This document shows positions 47,320-60,785 of a DNA stretch of 64,000 nucleotides, in pieces. This DNA is from Lophium mytilinum (Eukaryota). Location: the NCBI GenBank assembly GCA_010093605.1, contig MU004198.1, forward strand, positions 1,366,726 through 1,430,725, given 5' to 3'. A program made the translations under genes and the position numbers. The first letter of the stretch is position 1. Every line of letters starts with the position of its first letter. The notes under the pieces are model-generated. The model was not told where the DNA came from, did no database searches, and worked only from the letters and a program-made list of their open reading frames with translations.

Positions 47320-49862
47320 TCAGTGCCCGACTGGCAGCCACGTCCTGCGCTCGTCCATGCTCCTATTCACACGACTCCCCGGCGTCAATGGAATTTCTAC
47401 CCGCGACCTACTCCCGCCAATCTCCCCTTCACTGTCTTCGTCGTACGCGTCTGATAACCGCGAAAAGTAATCTGCAAGCCCGGATGTAGGCGAGGCAATA
47501 CTGTCGTACTCCGGCGGAGGTGTCTCCAACGGAGGAGGCGGCTCCTCATCTGAAAATGCCGGCGGATTGAATGATGGAACCCGCATCAAGTGGATCGGAC
47601 GTTGCAGGCTGCTGTCGATTGGGCCGCCAATGTGAGCTTGCTGTGGCCGTGCAAGATCTGGAGATATCGGATCTAGTGCTGCGCTATTGCTCCCCCGTGC
47701 TTGATTCAACGAGTTGAGGGTTGGCACAAATGAGGTAGGGGATGTGCGCCGGGTAGCTGCACCAGGACATCCACATTCGGGCGCTCGGGTGTCGTCGTCT
47801 GCCGTCTCGGGTGATGAGTAAGCCGGCAGTGCTGTGTTTGCTTGCGTAGCTCGACAGGAAAGGATGTGGAAGGGTGAGTCAATTGAGATCTCGAAATGGC
47901 GGCGCTTTTTGCCCGTCGGATCAGTAGTGTCGGGTTTCGAGAGGCGCATCACAATCTATAGTTACCAATCATTAGTACCACCGCTTATGAGTCATCCGGG
48001 GTCGGCTTACCTTGATCCAGTGGTGCACCTGTATGTTCTGATAGGTCGTATCGAAGTGTAGTTTACACAACTTTTCTTTCTCCCGAAGGTTAGAGCAGCT
48101 GGGTAGCTGCACGTTGAACTCCATCTCAGTCGGCCCGATGCCTAGCTCAGGTGAGCTGAGATCACCAAGAAGATTTCCCGGATCCTGCGGAGCAAAAGTT
48201 TCCCCTCTCGACGCTGCTGCCCGTTGGGCATACGGCACACCGCCTCCAGAAATCACTCTCATGGTGCTTCCTGGAAATGCACTCGTAGGCGGCCCATCCG
48301 CACGCTTCTCGAAGAGCTGCACTTTCCGAGTTGGTTCCATCCGATGCACTCGTTTGTTCGAGCAGAAGTATTCGATATTCTCCGTTACAAACACCTTGAT
48401 TCTGTGGCACTGCACTTTGGCGAGTGGAGTAAGCTTGAAAGCGATTGGAACCTGTGAGCCTAGTGGAAATGATTTGCCAGAGATTACAATATCGTAATGC
48501 AGTTGATCTTCCCAGCTTCGGCTGATGGCGATTGGTTCGACCTGCTCGAGTGAACCTTCCGATGGGGCTCTGATCAAGGTGACTTCTTTGTTGCCGACGA
48601 GATTGGCACGAAACGCACCCGCGCGTTCTACCGTGGCCTCCAGTTCATACTTGACAGAGCCCAGCTCAACATCGATGGTCTCTGGCAGATGGCTGTCCAG
48701 TGGAAGTTCAAAATTGTACACATAGTCGCCGGCGTTGAAGATTCTGTAGCCCTTTTGCGCCACTGAAGGGCCGTTGGTCGAGCTCTCGCCCTTGCCGAAA
48801 CTCCTCGATTGATTGACTTGCAGTGAAAGTCGCTTCGCCTCCCGCGAGCTTAGATTCGTGGATGACGAGTTGTGCGAGTCCCTTCCAAAAACATCGAGAG
48901 AGCCTCTTCCTTTGGGAATGACGGGAAGGGTGGAATTCGAGCCGTTGTTGCTTTTGAAGATTTCAATGTGATCTGCACCAGTGTTGGCCTCTGCAGTTGG
49001 GAACTGTGCGTTGAAAAACGGCCAGGTATGGCTCATAATGGTGTCTATTTCTTCAAACTCGGTTTTCTTGGGAGGGATACCTAGGCAGACGTTAGCAGGC
49101 AAATGGGCCAACTTCAAGAAACAACCTACCCTCGGGCCACTTCGTGACAGATTTACCGCGAAACTTCAGTGTGACGGCCTTTATCTTAGACTGCTTTGTG
49201 ATATTCAGGCGCAGACTTCCCCTCAGCATAGCAGTACTTCTTTCCGAGTGCTCCGAGTGCTCGAATCCCTGCAGGAAGAGCACCGGCTCGGCGAGGCTTA
49301 CCGACACATTGATACCATTTCCCGAAGCAAGTGGTTTCTCTTCCGGAATTTGTCGAACAACACTACTCGAAGTGCTCTTGGCAGAGCGGCCTGAATGGGT
49401 GCGAACCGAATTGGCCAAATCGGGTCGGTGAAGGATCCCGCTCACGGGACCACCAACCACATCCCGCGAGTTTGTCCGCATGGTATCCGTCTGCGACCAC
49501 CTCCGACTGGGAGTCGTCGCGCCTGAGCTGTCACTCGCTATCGATGAGCCGTGTGAGGAGTGGCCGGACTGTGCGTCAGACTGTATAGGTGAGGCTATGA
49601 AGGACCTCAGGAACCGTTTCGCGTTTTCTCGGGGGCCCGCCAGTTTTTCGATGAGAATGGTTCTTCGGCGAACGGTGCGTTGCTTCTTCTGTTTGTTGAG
49701 GTAGATGGTGTACTCGGGGGCGACGTGGGCGATGTGGATGCGGTGAGGTCTTCGGCTACGGGGTTGAAAGAGACCTAAGGGAGCGCCGGGCGATTGATAT
49801 AAGTTATCGGGAATGTAAGCCAGTCTCCCACGCTCGGAGTAAACTTGGAGATATCCTGTCAT
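47320..49862 (-). CDS. Alpha-arrestin (ART; Aly1/Aly2-like) with PY motifs, at least 3 exons; start codon uncertain (49862 or 49481)
   Basis: Motifs [33 protein letters not shown] and [17 protein letters not shown]; introns 49081-49129 and 47956-48010; LPAY and PPEY motifs. Confidence 0.88.
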
Positions 49863-51992
49863 TGTGGATTTGAGCGGTAAGCGTGAATTCGACTTTGATA
49901 GCAACCGAACGAGCACAACGCAGCAGGCTTCAAGAGATGGGCTTCAGAAGATAGGCGAGCACTCGCCAGGACACATAGATAAGGGGACAAGAGGCTTTGT
50001 GCGACAGGAGTCATGCGAACTGGACAAAGGGGTGTTGTGGGAGAGCAGATGCATCCAGCATCCCAGTGCAACGCATTGGGTGGTCGACCACGTCTCGACG
50101 CTTGGGGAACAAAGGGGAACAGGTGAGCGGAAATGAGACAGCGACTTACAGGAGGGCCAGTATGGTGGATTAAGCGCAGGTATAGCGGTCATTCGAGGAG
50201 TCAAAAGCACATGCCAGGGCACTCTACGTGGAGCGGTCAAGGGGAGCACGACTTGGGACGGAAGGATGCGGTAGCGGAGGTCGAGGTGTGCTGGCAGCAG
50301 CAACAACAAGACGTACAGGCATGTACCGGCTCGCTCAAAGCAGGTTAATAAGGATGACCACGGCGATCCTCAGAGGTTGAGGATGTCCGGCCAGGGCAGA
50401 GGGTGAAGCAGCCAGGATGTGGCGGAAGTCAGGGCACAAGGGACGCAAATGGAGGTGTCTGATGGACAGGGCAGCGCCGGATGACGCGGCGAGCACTGGG
50501 CGATCCGGCAGCTGGCAGCGCAGGTATTAGTGGCCGCGAGCAGGCCTTGGACGAAACAGAGGCGGCGCAGAGGAATCAAACATTGCTAGGGCTGCCCTTA
50601 ATGCACTGCGCAGCGCGCGGGGATATCAAGCAGCCGTAGTCAGCACTGCCGTGGGCCACTCAGCGGTACCAGCGCCAATGATGTCACGAGCGAATGGCCG
50701 TTGGCATGGATATGAAGTGGATGAGGCCCACCAACGGCAGCAGGGTCAAGAGAAAAAAACATTCGGTCCGGAATAGTCGGCACGCCAGCAGGCCGCAGGT
50801 TTTTGATGCTGCGTGCGGCATTACTCCGAATGGGATGCACGGTGCGAATCAGACTGACTGAATAACAGCAGGCATGACTGCACGACCTGGCCAGTACGCG
50901 GCTTGTAACGACTGCCCAGTAATGGGAGCCGCTGCACCACTTTCCATCATTATGAGGCATTACATATTCCCGTGGCAACAATGGGCGTCGTATCTAGGTT
51001 CTGCTGCCACCACTGCGGGTATGGAGTGCTCCGTAGCGCTTCTCGGGGCTACTCCGAAACGCTGCTCCCTCTGCCTGGCCGTGATATCCACGGTCCATCC
51101 GGCCATCAGGGTCTCCAGGGCTGCAGCAGCGTGCGCTACTCGGACGCGGTCGGCTGTCCTCACGCACAACGAACGCCGCCGAGCACTGCCGGGGCTGACG
51201 AAGACGCCTGAGCCACGCGGGGCATACCTAGGGATGGAGGGGCAGATAGCTCGGGCTGGCCCATCGATTGAAGATGTCTATGAGGGAGAGGCCGAGGAAG
51301 TGGATGCAAAGACGGGTCCCGAGGACATCAAATCCTCCCGCGGGATGCGGTCAGGTGCAACGCTCTATCTTCATTATATGCAAGAGATACAGAACGGCAC
51401 ATGGCACTAAAGTCTCACTCCTGCGACTGGCTGTCTGCACTGCACATCCCCATGATCGTGGGCAGCCGACATGGTAGTCGCATCACCCCTCCAAGCTCAA
51501 TCGTCGCGGCTAGTGAGCAAAGCGGCAGCGTGGACGGCCAGATGGCGACAAGATCCACGGCCGGGGTGCCGATTTAGGACGAACGCCTCCCGTAGAGTTA
51601 ACGCGCATCGAGAGCTCCAGGGTCTTCATGTTAGTGCTGCTGACATCGTGCATGTTGTTGCTGCCGTTCTCGGAGTCTCTTTTAGAAGCCCTGATATGGT
51701 GCTGCGGCCTCGACCGCGGAAACATCCTTTCCCGCAGCTCAACCTAGCTTCCACAAAGTGTAGTTTATTCCAAATTGCCACCCCGAAACAGATGCCGTGG
51801 TGGCATGATGAGAAATGAAATCAAATGGTGGAGACGCCATCGCACTGCAAGATCGAGGCTACGGAGTGCCGTTCCGAGGTTATGCAGATCGGCCGCTGGG
51901 GAAGAGCTTGTTTCTCGCACGTGACGTAGCGCACGTGGTTCTTTCACGGCAAGCCACAACTCCAGAAATGTGGGGAACGAGAACAACACGAC

Positions 51993-52725
51993 CTCCTTAG
52001 CGCGCTAAGCCCGTTTATGAACAAGTTGTTGAAGCCATGCTACCGTGAAAATCATGCTAGCATCATGCTAGCATGATGTTGACATGCGTGTTGTACCGAG
52101 GATGCTCAGGTTAACCTGTTGTTTCAACATCCTGTTGCAGAGAAGCATTATCTTAGAATACAAAAGATGTCAAGATAACACGGTTTCAGAGGCATTTTCT
52201 ATAGGACACGTGTTTTCTTAAAAAGTCATGTTTAGCCAAAAATTATGTTTAGCTGCAATATCATGTTCAAGACCGGTTATTTTTAACTACCCCTCTTTTA
52301 CTCCCTCGGTAATGCTGTATCTTCTGCTACACCAACGCTAAAAAGCTGTACTATGCTTAATAATCTCTCTTTTATAAAGTTTACCTATACAGGCCTATTA
52401 CCCGTTGTGCCACAGGCCGTGGCGTGGCACAGTGGGGGGTGCCCTAGTAGGGGGTGTCATGCCGAAGTGCCACCTGGCGTAAAGAAAAAATACCAGCTTA
52501 TGTAATCTTAGTAGAAAACCATGTTCGTGAGGAAAACCATGTTTGTGAGGAAAACCATGTTCTATAGGATACTATGTTAAGAGCTAAACACCATGTTCCT
52601 ATAATACAGGTTTCCTAGGACATCGTCGTCCCATTATATCTGACTTGACATCATATTGTATCAGGAAAGCATCTGGACACGATGTGGTTACTATGTTCGC
52701 GTACAGGATTAGCGCGCTAAGGGAT
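51993..52725. mobile_element. Non-autonomous Mutator/foldback-like element (~730 bp)
   Basis: Inverted ends ccttagcgcgctaa..gaaca; internal inverted blocks (atacaa..gatgtcaag); gaaaaccatgtt x3 subrepeats; flanked by the 9-bp direct repeat caacacgac/caacgcgac. Confidence 0.6.
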
Positions 52726-52813
52726 CAACGCGACGCGATCCCGCGCCACACACCACCACATTGCCGACCCGCAAAACACCCCGTCACACCGTCTACGTCC
52801 ATGACAGCTCGCG

Positions 52814-55590
52814 ATGCCCGGGGATGCACACCACGGTAGGTTCAAAGTCCCCCTTACTCTCTCCATCCGCTAACATTCACCAGGCAACGCGCAGGCACCG
52901 CTTGCAGGTGTTGTTCTGTGCAGCACCGCAATTCCCGTCGAGCAACGAGTACGTTCTTTGTTTCACCATGCATGTTCCCAGCCAACTCTGACCGGATGCC
53001 TAGGATGACTACGCCCAGATTGCTGTCCAGATGGGCGCGACCTTCAAATACGACCTGACTTCCGACGTTACCCACCTCCTCATCGGCAGCATCGACACGC
53101 CCAAGTACAAGTATGTCGCCAAAGAGAGACCCGACGTCGCGGTTGTGACCTCAACATGGCTCGAGGCTGTGCGCGAGTCTTGGATGAAAGGAGGGGATAC
53201 CGACGTGGGAGCATTGGAGCATGAGCACCGCGTCCCCACCTTTGACGGCCTCAAGATCTGCTTGACAGGTTTTGACGAAAGTAAGCAGTCTAGCAACACT
53301 TCATACGTCAAGTTGCTCACATGAAGCAGTGCTCCAACGGCAATACATCTCGGAAACGGTCCAGCAACACGGCGCAGAATACCACGGGGACCTTACGAAA
53401 AGCGTCACGCATCTCATCGCAGCCACTGCCAGTGGTAAGAAGTACGAATATGCCAAGACATGGAAAATAAAAGTGGTCTCCTTAGAGTGGCTCCAGCAAA
53501 GTGTTGAGCGGGGCATGGCATTGGAAGAACGCTATTTTGATCCACGCGCGCCGCCGGAGGAGCGCGGCAAAGGTGCATGGAACCGCACCGCCGTTGCATC
53601 TGTCGCATTGGGGAAGCGAACCCGAGATACGGACCTGGCAAAATCGGATCTGGATCCCAACCCACGAAGAAAATTACGCCGTGCAGCGAGCTCAAGACTA
53701 GGGAGCCAGAATGGGTCCATCTGGACAGAAATTACCGCTGGGGGGTTCTCCGGCAAGCAGACCGAAAGCGATGATTGGAATGCCCAGGTAGATGATAGTC
53801 ACGATAATCTGCTTCTTGACACCGGTCGTGCTGCACAGAAAGTCGATGCGAACCCTGGTGCAGCGGCACAATCCGATGGGGCGAAGACCGGCCAGCCAGC
53901 AACTACCGATATGGCTCCACCATTACGTAGGCTTTCGTTAAGACCTCGTGATGGAGTTTTCCAAGGCCGTGTGGTGTTTATCCATGCCTTTGACGATGCC
54001 AAGGTATGTCAGCGTATGTCGTGTTATTATCTTAGCTAATTCCACCAGACGTCCATTCTCGTCCAACACCTGATCAGTCACGGTGCCGCCGTGATCCGCA
54101 AATCTGCAGACCTCGACTTAGAATCTGACGATGATCTGAGCCAGGGCTACCTCATCGTCCCGCACGAACTTGCGTCAACCAGCGTGCCGGATCCCCCGGA
54201 ACCAGCCGATAAGCTGATTAGAGTGACAGAGTTCTGGGTTGAGAAATGCTTACACAGAAAGCAATTGGTAGACCACTCAGACGTCCTCTGCCAACCGTTC
54301 CCTACTATTGGCATTGAAGGTATGTTCCCGCTTCTTTGGTTTACCAAGCTGGTATAACTAATCCATGTAGGGTTTGACAGCATGGTCATCAACTCGACGG
54401 GCTTTTCTGGAACAGATCTACTTCACGTGGTGAAGACCGTAGGGCTCATGGGTAAGAGGGAGACGGCATTTCTCAACTTTTAGATCTCGCGCTAACCTTT
54501 TTCAGGCGCAACATATGAAGAAACACTGACGGCACATACATCTGTCGTCATCTCCAATACCCCTACACCTCACAAAGAAAAACTCACATATGCGAGAGAT
54601 AATAGTATACCCATAGTTTCTGCGAGTTGGCTTCGAGAGTGTATCGAATCTGGCGAAAAGCTTCCATTTCGCAAATACATATTACTGTCATGTCGAGCAC
54701 CGCTATTAAACAAGGCCCCATGCCCTTTTGTAGAAGAACCCACTGCACCTCTATCCGAGGAGGATCAAGAAAAGCTGCGAAAGACCAAGCAGCGAAGGAA
54801 GGTTAACAAGCCACAAGGGGTCAACAAAACCGCCCCCAAGGATAAAAGGCCCATGAAAAGAGCGAACACCCTCGAACTTGTCGCGTCCAACCCATCACCT
54901 GAGTCCACAGGAAACGACGAAGCAAACGATGCCGAGGAAAGTCCTACCTTCCCCTTCGACGCCTCCGCATCCGTACCGCTGCAAGAACTAGCTCCAGAAG
55001 TCAACTCACCGCGCAGACCATCCACCAACTCTGCCCATTCAAATTCCACAACAGGTTCCCCATCCTCCAAATTCACCCCAGCACCCGAGACTGCAGAACA
55101 GGAGCCATCTCCAGATTCGGTCGTCCCCTCAAAGGCACAAGAATCCCTCGATTCCGTCATCATCACCCTTCTCGCGCAGAAGCAAGCCGCTTCGGCCGCC
55201 TCAGCGGCTCAGCCCGCGGAACCGATCTCTCGCCGCCGCAAGCGCGGGCTCCTTGGTCGCGCGACGTCGGGGACATCAAATCCATCCACCTCGGCCTCCT
55301 TCTCAGGGCCGAATTCGTTCGACATTGAGAAAGGCGAGAATGCCCTTGATGAGAATGAAGCTGGCGAGAAAGAGCTTGGACAGCAAGAGTCGATTCCTAA
55401 GGAGTATATGCCTTCACAGTCCCTACTCTATGAGGATCCGAGCGTGCAGGCTGCGAGAGAAAAGATGATTAGAAAGATGGGTGGGACAGTAGATGAAGTG
55501 AGGGGAGTAGTGGGGCCGATTGGGGTTGTGAGGGATGTGGTTAGCGAGCCTGTGGTGGGTAGGGGAGTAGGGAGGAGGAGGAAGCTGTGA
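52814..55590 (+). CDS. DPB11: Multi-BRCT replication/checkpoint scaffold (Dpb11/Rad4-Cut5/TopBP1), ~7 exons
   Basis: Spliced N-terminus PLAGVVLCST...QMGATFKYDLTSDVTHL..TPKYKYVAKERPD; four BRCT-like repeats (WL..S/C); introns starting ~52836, 52949, 53281, 54004, 54320 and 54452. Confidence 0.88.
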
Positions 55591-56066
55591 GCGTTGAGAA
55601 GTGGTTTAAAGTGTAGGTGTTCACGATACCCGAAGAATGCGATCCATCTGCTCGGCACTATAAGATGCCTTATCATAGATATTCAGATACTCATTTACCG
55701 CAGCATGAACAACATCATAGTGGTTTCAGCATCGGCATTTCGGACAAACAGTAAACTTGCAAGGCTAACCCAGACAGCGTCGGCTTTGTGTAAGCAGAGT
55801 CTTTTGAGAGCGGAATCAGGGCAGCTATTCAAGTCAAGGAGCAGTTCAGAAGGTAATCGAAGTGGTGAGTTCATGAGATGGATGGCTTCTATTAAGAGTT
55901 ACCGTCGTTCTCTCAAGCCAGGAGGTGACATGGAGAAAGAATACTAGTCAATGCAGACGCCATTAGTCTCGGAGCAAGGATCTTGCCTCACTCTAAGTCT
56001 GTCCTGCCGCTTTCTCATCTCTATCAGTATCCCAAGCGCCGTTATGCGCCCCGACGAATGAAGTGT

Positions 56067-56542
56067 CTAGCCCGAGAGGTCTGCAAGCAACTCTTCAACC
56101 GCATTCCGCAAAGCACCGAGCGCAAAGCGCCGTTCTGAGACCGCTCCGCCTTGCGCGAGGACTTCGAGCCTGTGACAGTCCGTCCGCACAATCTGGAGGC
56201 GATACTTTTTGTCACCCGAAGAGACCATGATGAGGCTGATCGAGCGTGGGTCGACGTCTTTCCAGATATGCTTGATTAGGGTTTGGAGATTGACTAAAGA
56301 AAGGATGGAATGGGAATTAGTGACGCTTTTGTGGTATGTTTCGTCTTGATGGATGTAGATGGGCGTAGGTTCTTACGGGCTATCTGCAGTTGCTGTTCCA
56401 CACTCAGTATGCTCTCTATGGCGAGCATTGCGAGGAGGCGGTGAAGCATGGGGTCTGGGCTCGAGTCCGACGAGCTGAAGGCAGTGGTGCGGGTGGGGGC
56501 GGCTTTGCTGGGAGTGGTCAGGGCGGGAACGGTTGAGGCCAT
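56067..56542 (-). CDS. Small hypothetical protein (130 aa); family member B
   Basis: Phase-1 intron 56294-56376 (GTAAGA..CTAAT..TAG) gives QLQIALNLQTLIKHIWKDVDPRSISLI... Confidence 0.75.
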
Positions 56543-56889
56543 AGCTGGTTGGTTGGTTGGATTGGTAGTGCGAGGCTGGGTATGGAGCGTCTTCGGATGA
56601 TTGTTGCGCTTGCGGTGGAAGCCCTCAGAGTCATGAGTGGAAGTTATAAGACGGGTGGGTGCCAAGAAAAGCTAAACCAGAGAACGGCTCGGGTTAGATG
56701 AGAGTGAATGCAAAGGGCACGTGGCATGTACCTTCAAGTGAGGAGTCAGATTAGGGATGAGATGAATGGTTGGCTATTCGGAAAGGTAAGGCTCGGTCTA
56801 AACCTATCAGCTGTTTCCCATCTCAAAGACAGACTTCATCCCATAATTTCCATTCCTCCATCAGCCCGCTGTCCCCTATCCAGTAATAC

Positions 56890-57457
56890 TCATTTGTAAT
56901 GTAGTACTTGCGACAATTTAAACAGTATAGCTTCAGTCTTGTCCAGCAACGCTGATAGTTCAAGCAGCCGACAAGTCTCGCCACCTTGAACAAGCTCCTG
57001 GAGGACGCCCCCTTCCGTATGTACGACCTTGAATCGAGTTCGACCGCAAGCCGTCGACGTTCCGATCAAGCTTATCGAACTTGGGTCGGTGATCTCCCAT
57101 GCGTGCTTAACGATGACTTGGAAAACAACTGAAAGAGAATAAGGGCATAATCAGCACGTTGCTATGGAGGGTTTCCAATCTCCGACAGTGCTTCTTACAT
57201 GCTAGCTGCAACTTTTCCGACTTCTTCAGTGTGCTCTCGCCCTCTATCAAGGCCGGTAGGCGGCTCATTATTAGGTCTAGGTGCTCTACCAGCCTAATGC
57301 AGGCATTGCATTCGGAGGTTCGTAGGTACTCGTTAGCTTCGCCAATGACCGTGGAGCTCGGAGTCATTATCAGGGTGGATTGGACTGCGAATATTAGAAC
57401 ATGAGTGTTAATGGAAGCCTGTTGGCATTTACCGGAAGTGTTAGGGTTATCCTCCAT
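56890..57457 (-). CDS. Small hypothetical protein (~149 aa); family member C
   Basis: Introns 57385-57432 and 57129-57198 (phase 1, GTAAGA..CTGAT..CAG) give KLQLAFVFQVIVKHAWEITDPSSISLI... Confidence 0.72.
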
Positions 57458-58104
57458 GTTTCTAGAGAGAGGGTAAAAGCCTTGGACGATCGAAGAGGAG
57501 GCTGTAAGACGGACACGCTACAGAGTTCCTGTGATGGGTCGCGCTTTGTTGTTGGTTATAAGATGAGAAGTAGAGAGATGCGGTGAGTCTGGTGCAGCAT
57601 GAAACAGCAGAGACATGCAAACGAAATGAGGGTTTCGGGAAGCCACTTGGAGAAAACAAGAAGTATATTCCTTCGGCTTCAAGGTATAGACTGCACAACG
57701 GGTGTTTGCAGTAGGCTGTGATCGCAATTTTTTGATGGCATGGAATAAGAAGACAACTGCCATGTTATGGATTGTTTGCCGTCTCTGTGAGTGATCTATG
57801 CAGGCAGGTTGCCATGGAGGATACGCCAGGACCTTTCCATCGAATCTCAGGTTGGAATTAGTCACTATCTCGAAAGATGAAAGAGTGTCTGACTCAAACC
57901 AGTCTTTTCCTGTCCTTTCGCTTTCTAGCTAGTCTGAATACAGAGCTTCTTGTTCCACACGAGACAGCTTCTCTCTTGTGGTGAGCTTAAATATTAATTC
58001 AGTCCTTTTTCAGAGTTATTCCAACCGCACAATCTTCACGTCAACTTCGTCCTTGCTCATCAAAAGCTCACTTACAACACGCCTTCCGTCTCAAAGCTTC
58101 AAAG

Positions 58105-58569
58105 ATGTCCGGCAATTCAACTAGAGCTGAACATTCCAGGAGAGAAGCGGAAAAAGCTTTTGCAACATCCAAGGATGCCGCTGCGTCTTACACAGACCCG
58201 ATGACTGCTCGCCTATCGTACCTTGTGTCGGCATATAATGAATGCTCAACTTATCCGCCCGAGTTCATGCTGCGACTCACCTGTAAGCCATCCACGCTCC
58301 GAGCGGTCATAGCTCTTTGATATCCTGGATCACTTACTGTTACAGTCAACTTGAGTGCCCTAGTCATGTTCCATTGCGGACCCGAGACGAATCCCGCCTC
58401 CATCCATCTCTGTTCCTTCGGCAGCGGCACCTCTCTAGGGGCCTCTATCGTTCAGATAGCTCATATGAGGCGTAATGTACTTGTCACCACAGGGAACGTC
58501 GTCGAGATGAAGAACATGGCGAGGTGTCTAGCTAGCGCAGCGGCAAAGCAAATTGAGCAGATTATCTAG
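58105..58569 (+). CDS. Small hypothetical protein (133 aa); family member D
   Basis: Phase-1 intron 58283-58345 (GTAAGC..CAG) gives MLRLTFNLSALVMFHCGPETNPASIHL... Confidence 0.7.
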
Positions 58570-59422
58570 ATAGTCAGCGGTGTCTGGAAGAGGAAGCTCA
58601 AAGCTAGGTGAAGGTCGTGTGTGGCTGTTTAAAATAGCATCGTTCGATGAGATGAGCTCGTGTTACAGGTAGAAATATGTCAGCACTCAGTAGGACTTGT
58701 TGGGGGGGTTTCAATAGAAGCTGAAAGTCGAAATGGCGCAGCCAGGGCAGCTTTCCTTCCATCCTAATGTCCAAGTCATTGCTGTGGTCGACTCGATGAT
58801 GAGGCATCGATGCAAGATCGTATGTCACCCAATCATCAGCTCTCCGTCAAAGGAAATAAGTCAACGAATAGATGAAATATGTATCAATATTCAGATGTCC
58901 CGAGGTGTAGAGGAGCTGCCAGGATTCCCTTAGCTGAGACGCGAGGGCGGGAATCTGTGCCCAGCGCTAGAACCTTTTCATTAGGCCGTAACCTTAATGA
59001 GAGCACCATCTAGACAACACACCACAGAGCTTCACCGCAATCCACCAACAATTCAGTCCAGGGCACCAAGCTTGCTGTGGGTACTTAGGTAACGAAGGCG
59101 CCCTAGCCTTGCTGGTTAGAGGATAAGTCTTTAGAATACTGCATCGATGGTCGGAGTTCAGGAGACAGCTAGTGAGTGATCTGGTGCTTTCAAGCTGATC
59201 TTAATCTCTAGTCAACGCGGAAGAGATACCTTGGGATTATAGAGAGGAGACTTTTCCATAACCTTCAACGCAACGCAAACTCCTAAGCCGAGATATTTTG
59301 AAGATATGGAGAGAAGTGTTGGCAAAAAGAAAAAATGAGAGCATATACCATGCCTCTGAAACCCAATTTCATTCCCGTGCCATGTCACTCGTTTTCATTA
59401 AGCCATCCTTAAAGCACTCTCG

Positions 59423-60785
59423 TCAGTCTGCTTGGACCTTCGAGAAGCTCCCCTGCGCAGTCGCACTGTTGTTGAAGTTGCTGATGAATACTACCAGAAC
59501 AGCGCAGTACGCAGCTGACGCGGCAAATAACTCGTGCCGCTGCGCTTTCGTCATCAACGACATAGACGCGGAGAACAGCATCGTGAATACCACTAAAACC
59601 CCAATCGCGTCGAAAGTGGAGTTTCTCTTCCCGATGCTCGTCAGGCGGTACATAGCTACGACAGGTAAAACGAGGAGGATGAAGATGACAATCGTAATGA
59701 TTATACCAACGAACTTCTCAATCCTAGACGCCGAATAATAGTAAATGTTCTTGTCGCTGGACTTGGCTCGTAGCTCGGGGGTGCGAAATATCTTCTGAGA
59801 TAGACATGAGGACTTCCATTCCCGTAAAAACGTCGGTTGGGGGAAACTCACCACTATCAGGCGGCATTCCATTTTCCGAAGCAGACGCTCGACTAAACCG
59901 TCGAATCCAGCCCATTCTCGCCCGATCCTCAACGTAACGATATCTTCTTTCCGTTTGATGAACTCCTCTTCGGCCTCGACAAGCGCGCCTTCTTTCCAGA
60001 ACCAGTTCCTCACACTCCTGTAGTCTCTACTGGAGGGTCTTTGAAATGCATTGAGCTCACGAGCCTTCACCAGAATCTCGTCTTCCGAAATGGGACCAAT
60101 CAGCTTTTGCAAACAAGGGATTACTCTAATGTGAGAAAGGACAACACACCGTAATTGACCAATTTATCCCGAATTGTAGCTATCATACTTCTGCGCTCGC
60201 ATTCCACGCCCGCCTGCTTGGATTGCCGGAGGTCTACGGCTCTCGATTTCAATCGTCTTCCATCATCGATTTCAGCGTGGTCCTCGTCCAGGTCGGCCAG
60301 ATTGGACTCCAAGACCACTAATTCATCCTGCAGCTCAAGGAGGACTCGAGAGTGCAAGTAGCCGAAGCAACGATACAAGGAAAAGCTAGGCTCGCTGGAC
60401 TGGAAGGCTGCAACGCGGGGATAGCCTACTGGGAATTCGTCTACTAATGTCGCATTAGTGGCGCTTGCGTGAATTTCGGCCTGGTACGGCGGACTTACGG
60501 TTCTTTGTGATGGTGCGTTTGACGTCTTCAGACGGAAGAGTATCGTTCTCAGCCTCGCTTGACTGATGCGATTCTTGGTCTCATCAGCATGTTGCCGCTT
60601 TACAAAACTTCGGCGCTCAGAGATTGCGGATAGTACGCACCTGCATTCAGGCCAGTGTTTGACTTGGTGGTGAGTGGTCCATCGATGTTGATTATACAAT
60701 CCTTTGACTCTGCCGAACTAGTATTGTTTGCAGCAGATGGACTAAGCACAGCCTTTTCGTTCGAATTAGTGCTGGTGGAAGTCAT
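59423..60785 (-). CDS. DUF6594-family membrane protein (~371 aa, 3 C-terminal TM helices), 5 exons
   Basis: Motifs GYPRVAAFQSS..F..YRCFGYLHSRVLLELQDEL..LE..L..LD, KLVNYDEIL and ELFAASAAYCAVLVVFI; introns 60574-60640, 60444-60498, 60082-60149 and 59795-59851. Confidence 0.88.

Noticed and set aside
49900..51990. Numerous short ORFs upstream of the arrestin gene, and similarly at 4900-6300 and 45750-47300
   Set aside because: No coding-like composition or splice-consistent models; probably long promoters or UTRs.
52514..52560. gaaaaccatgtt x3 as a CRISPR-like array
   Set aside because: It is a 17-bp tandem unit without unique spacers, in eukaryotic DNA, and is a subrepeat of the foldback element.
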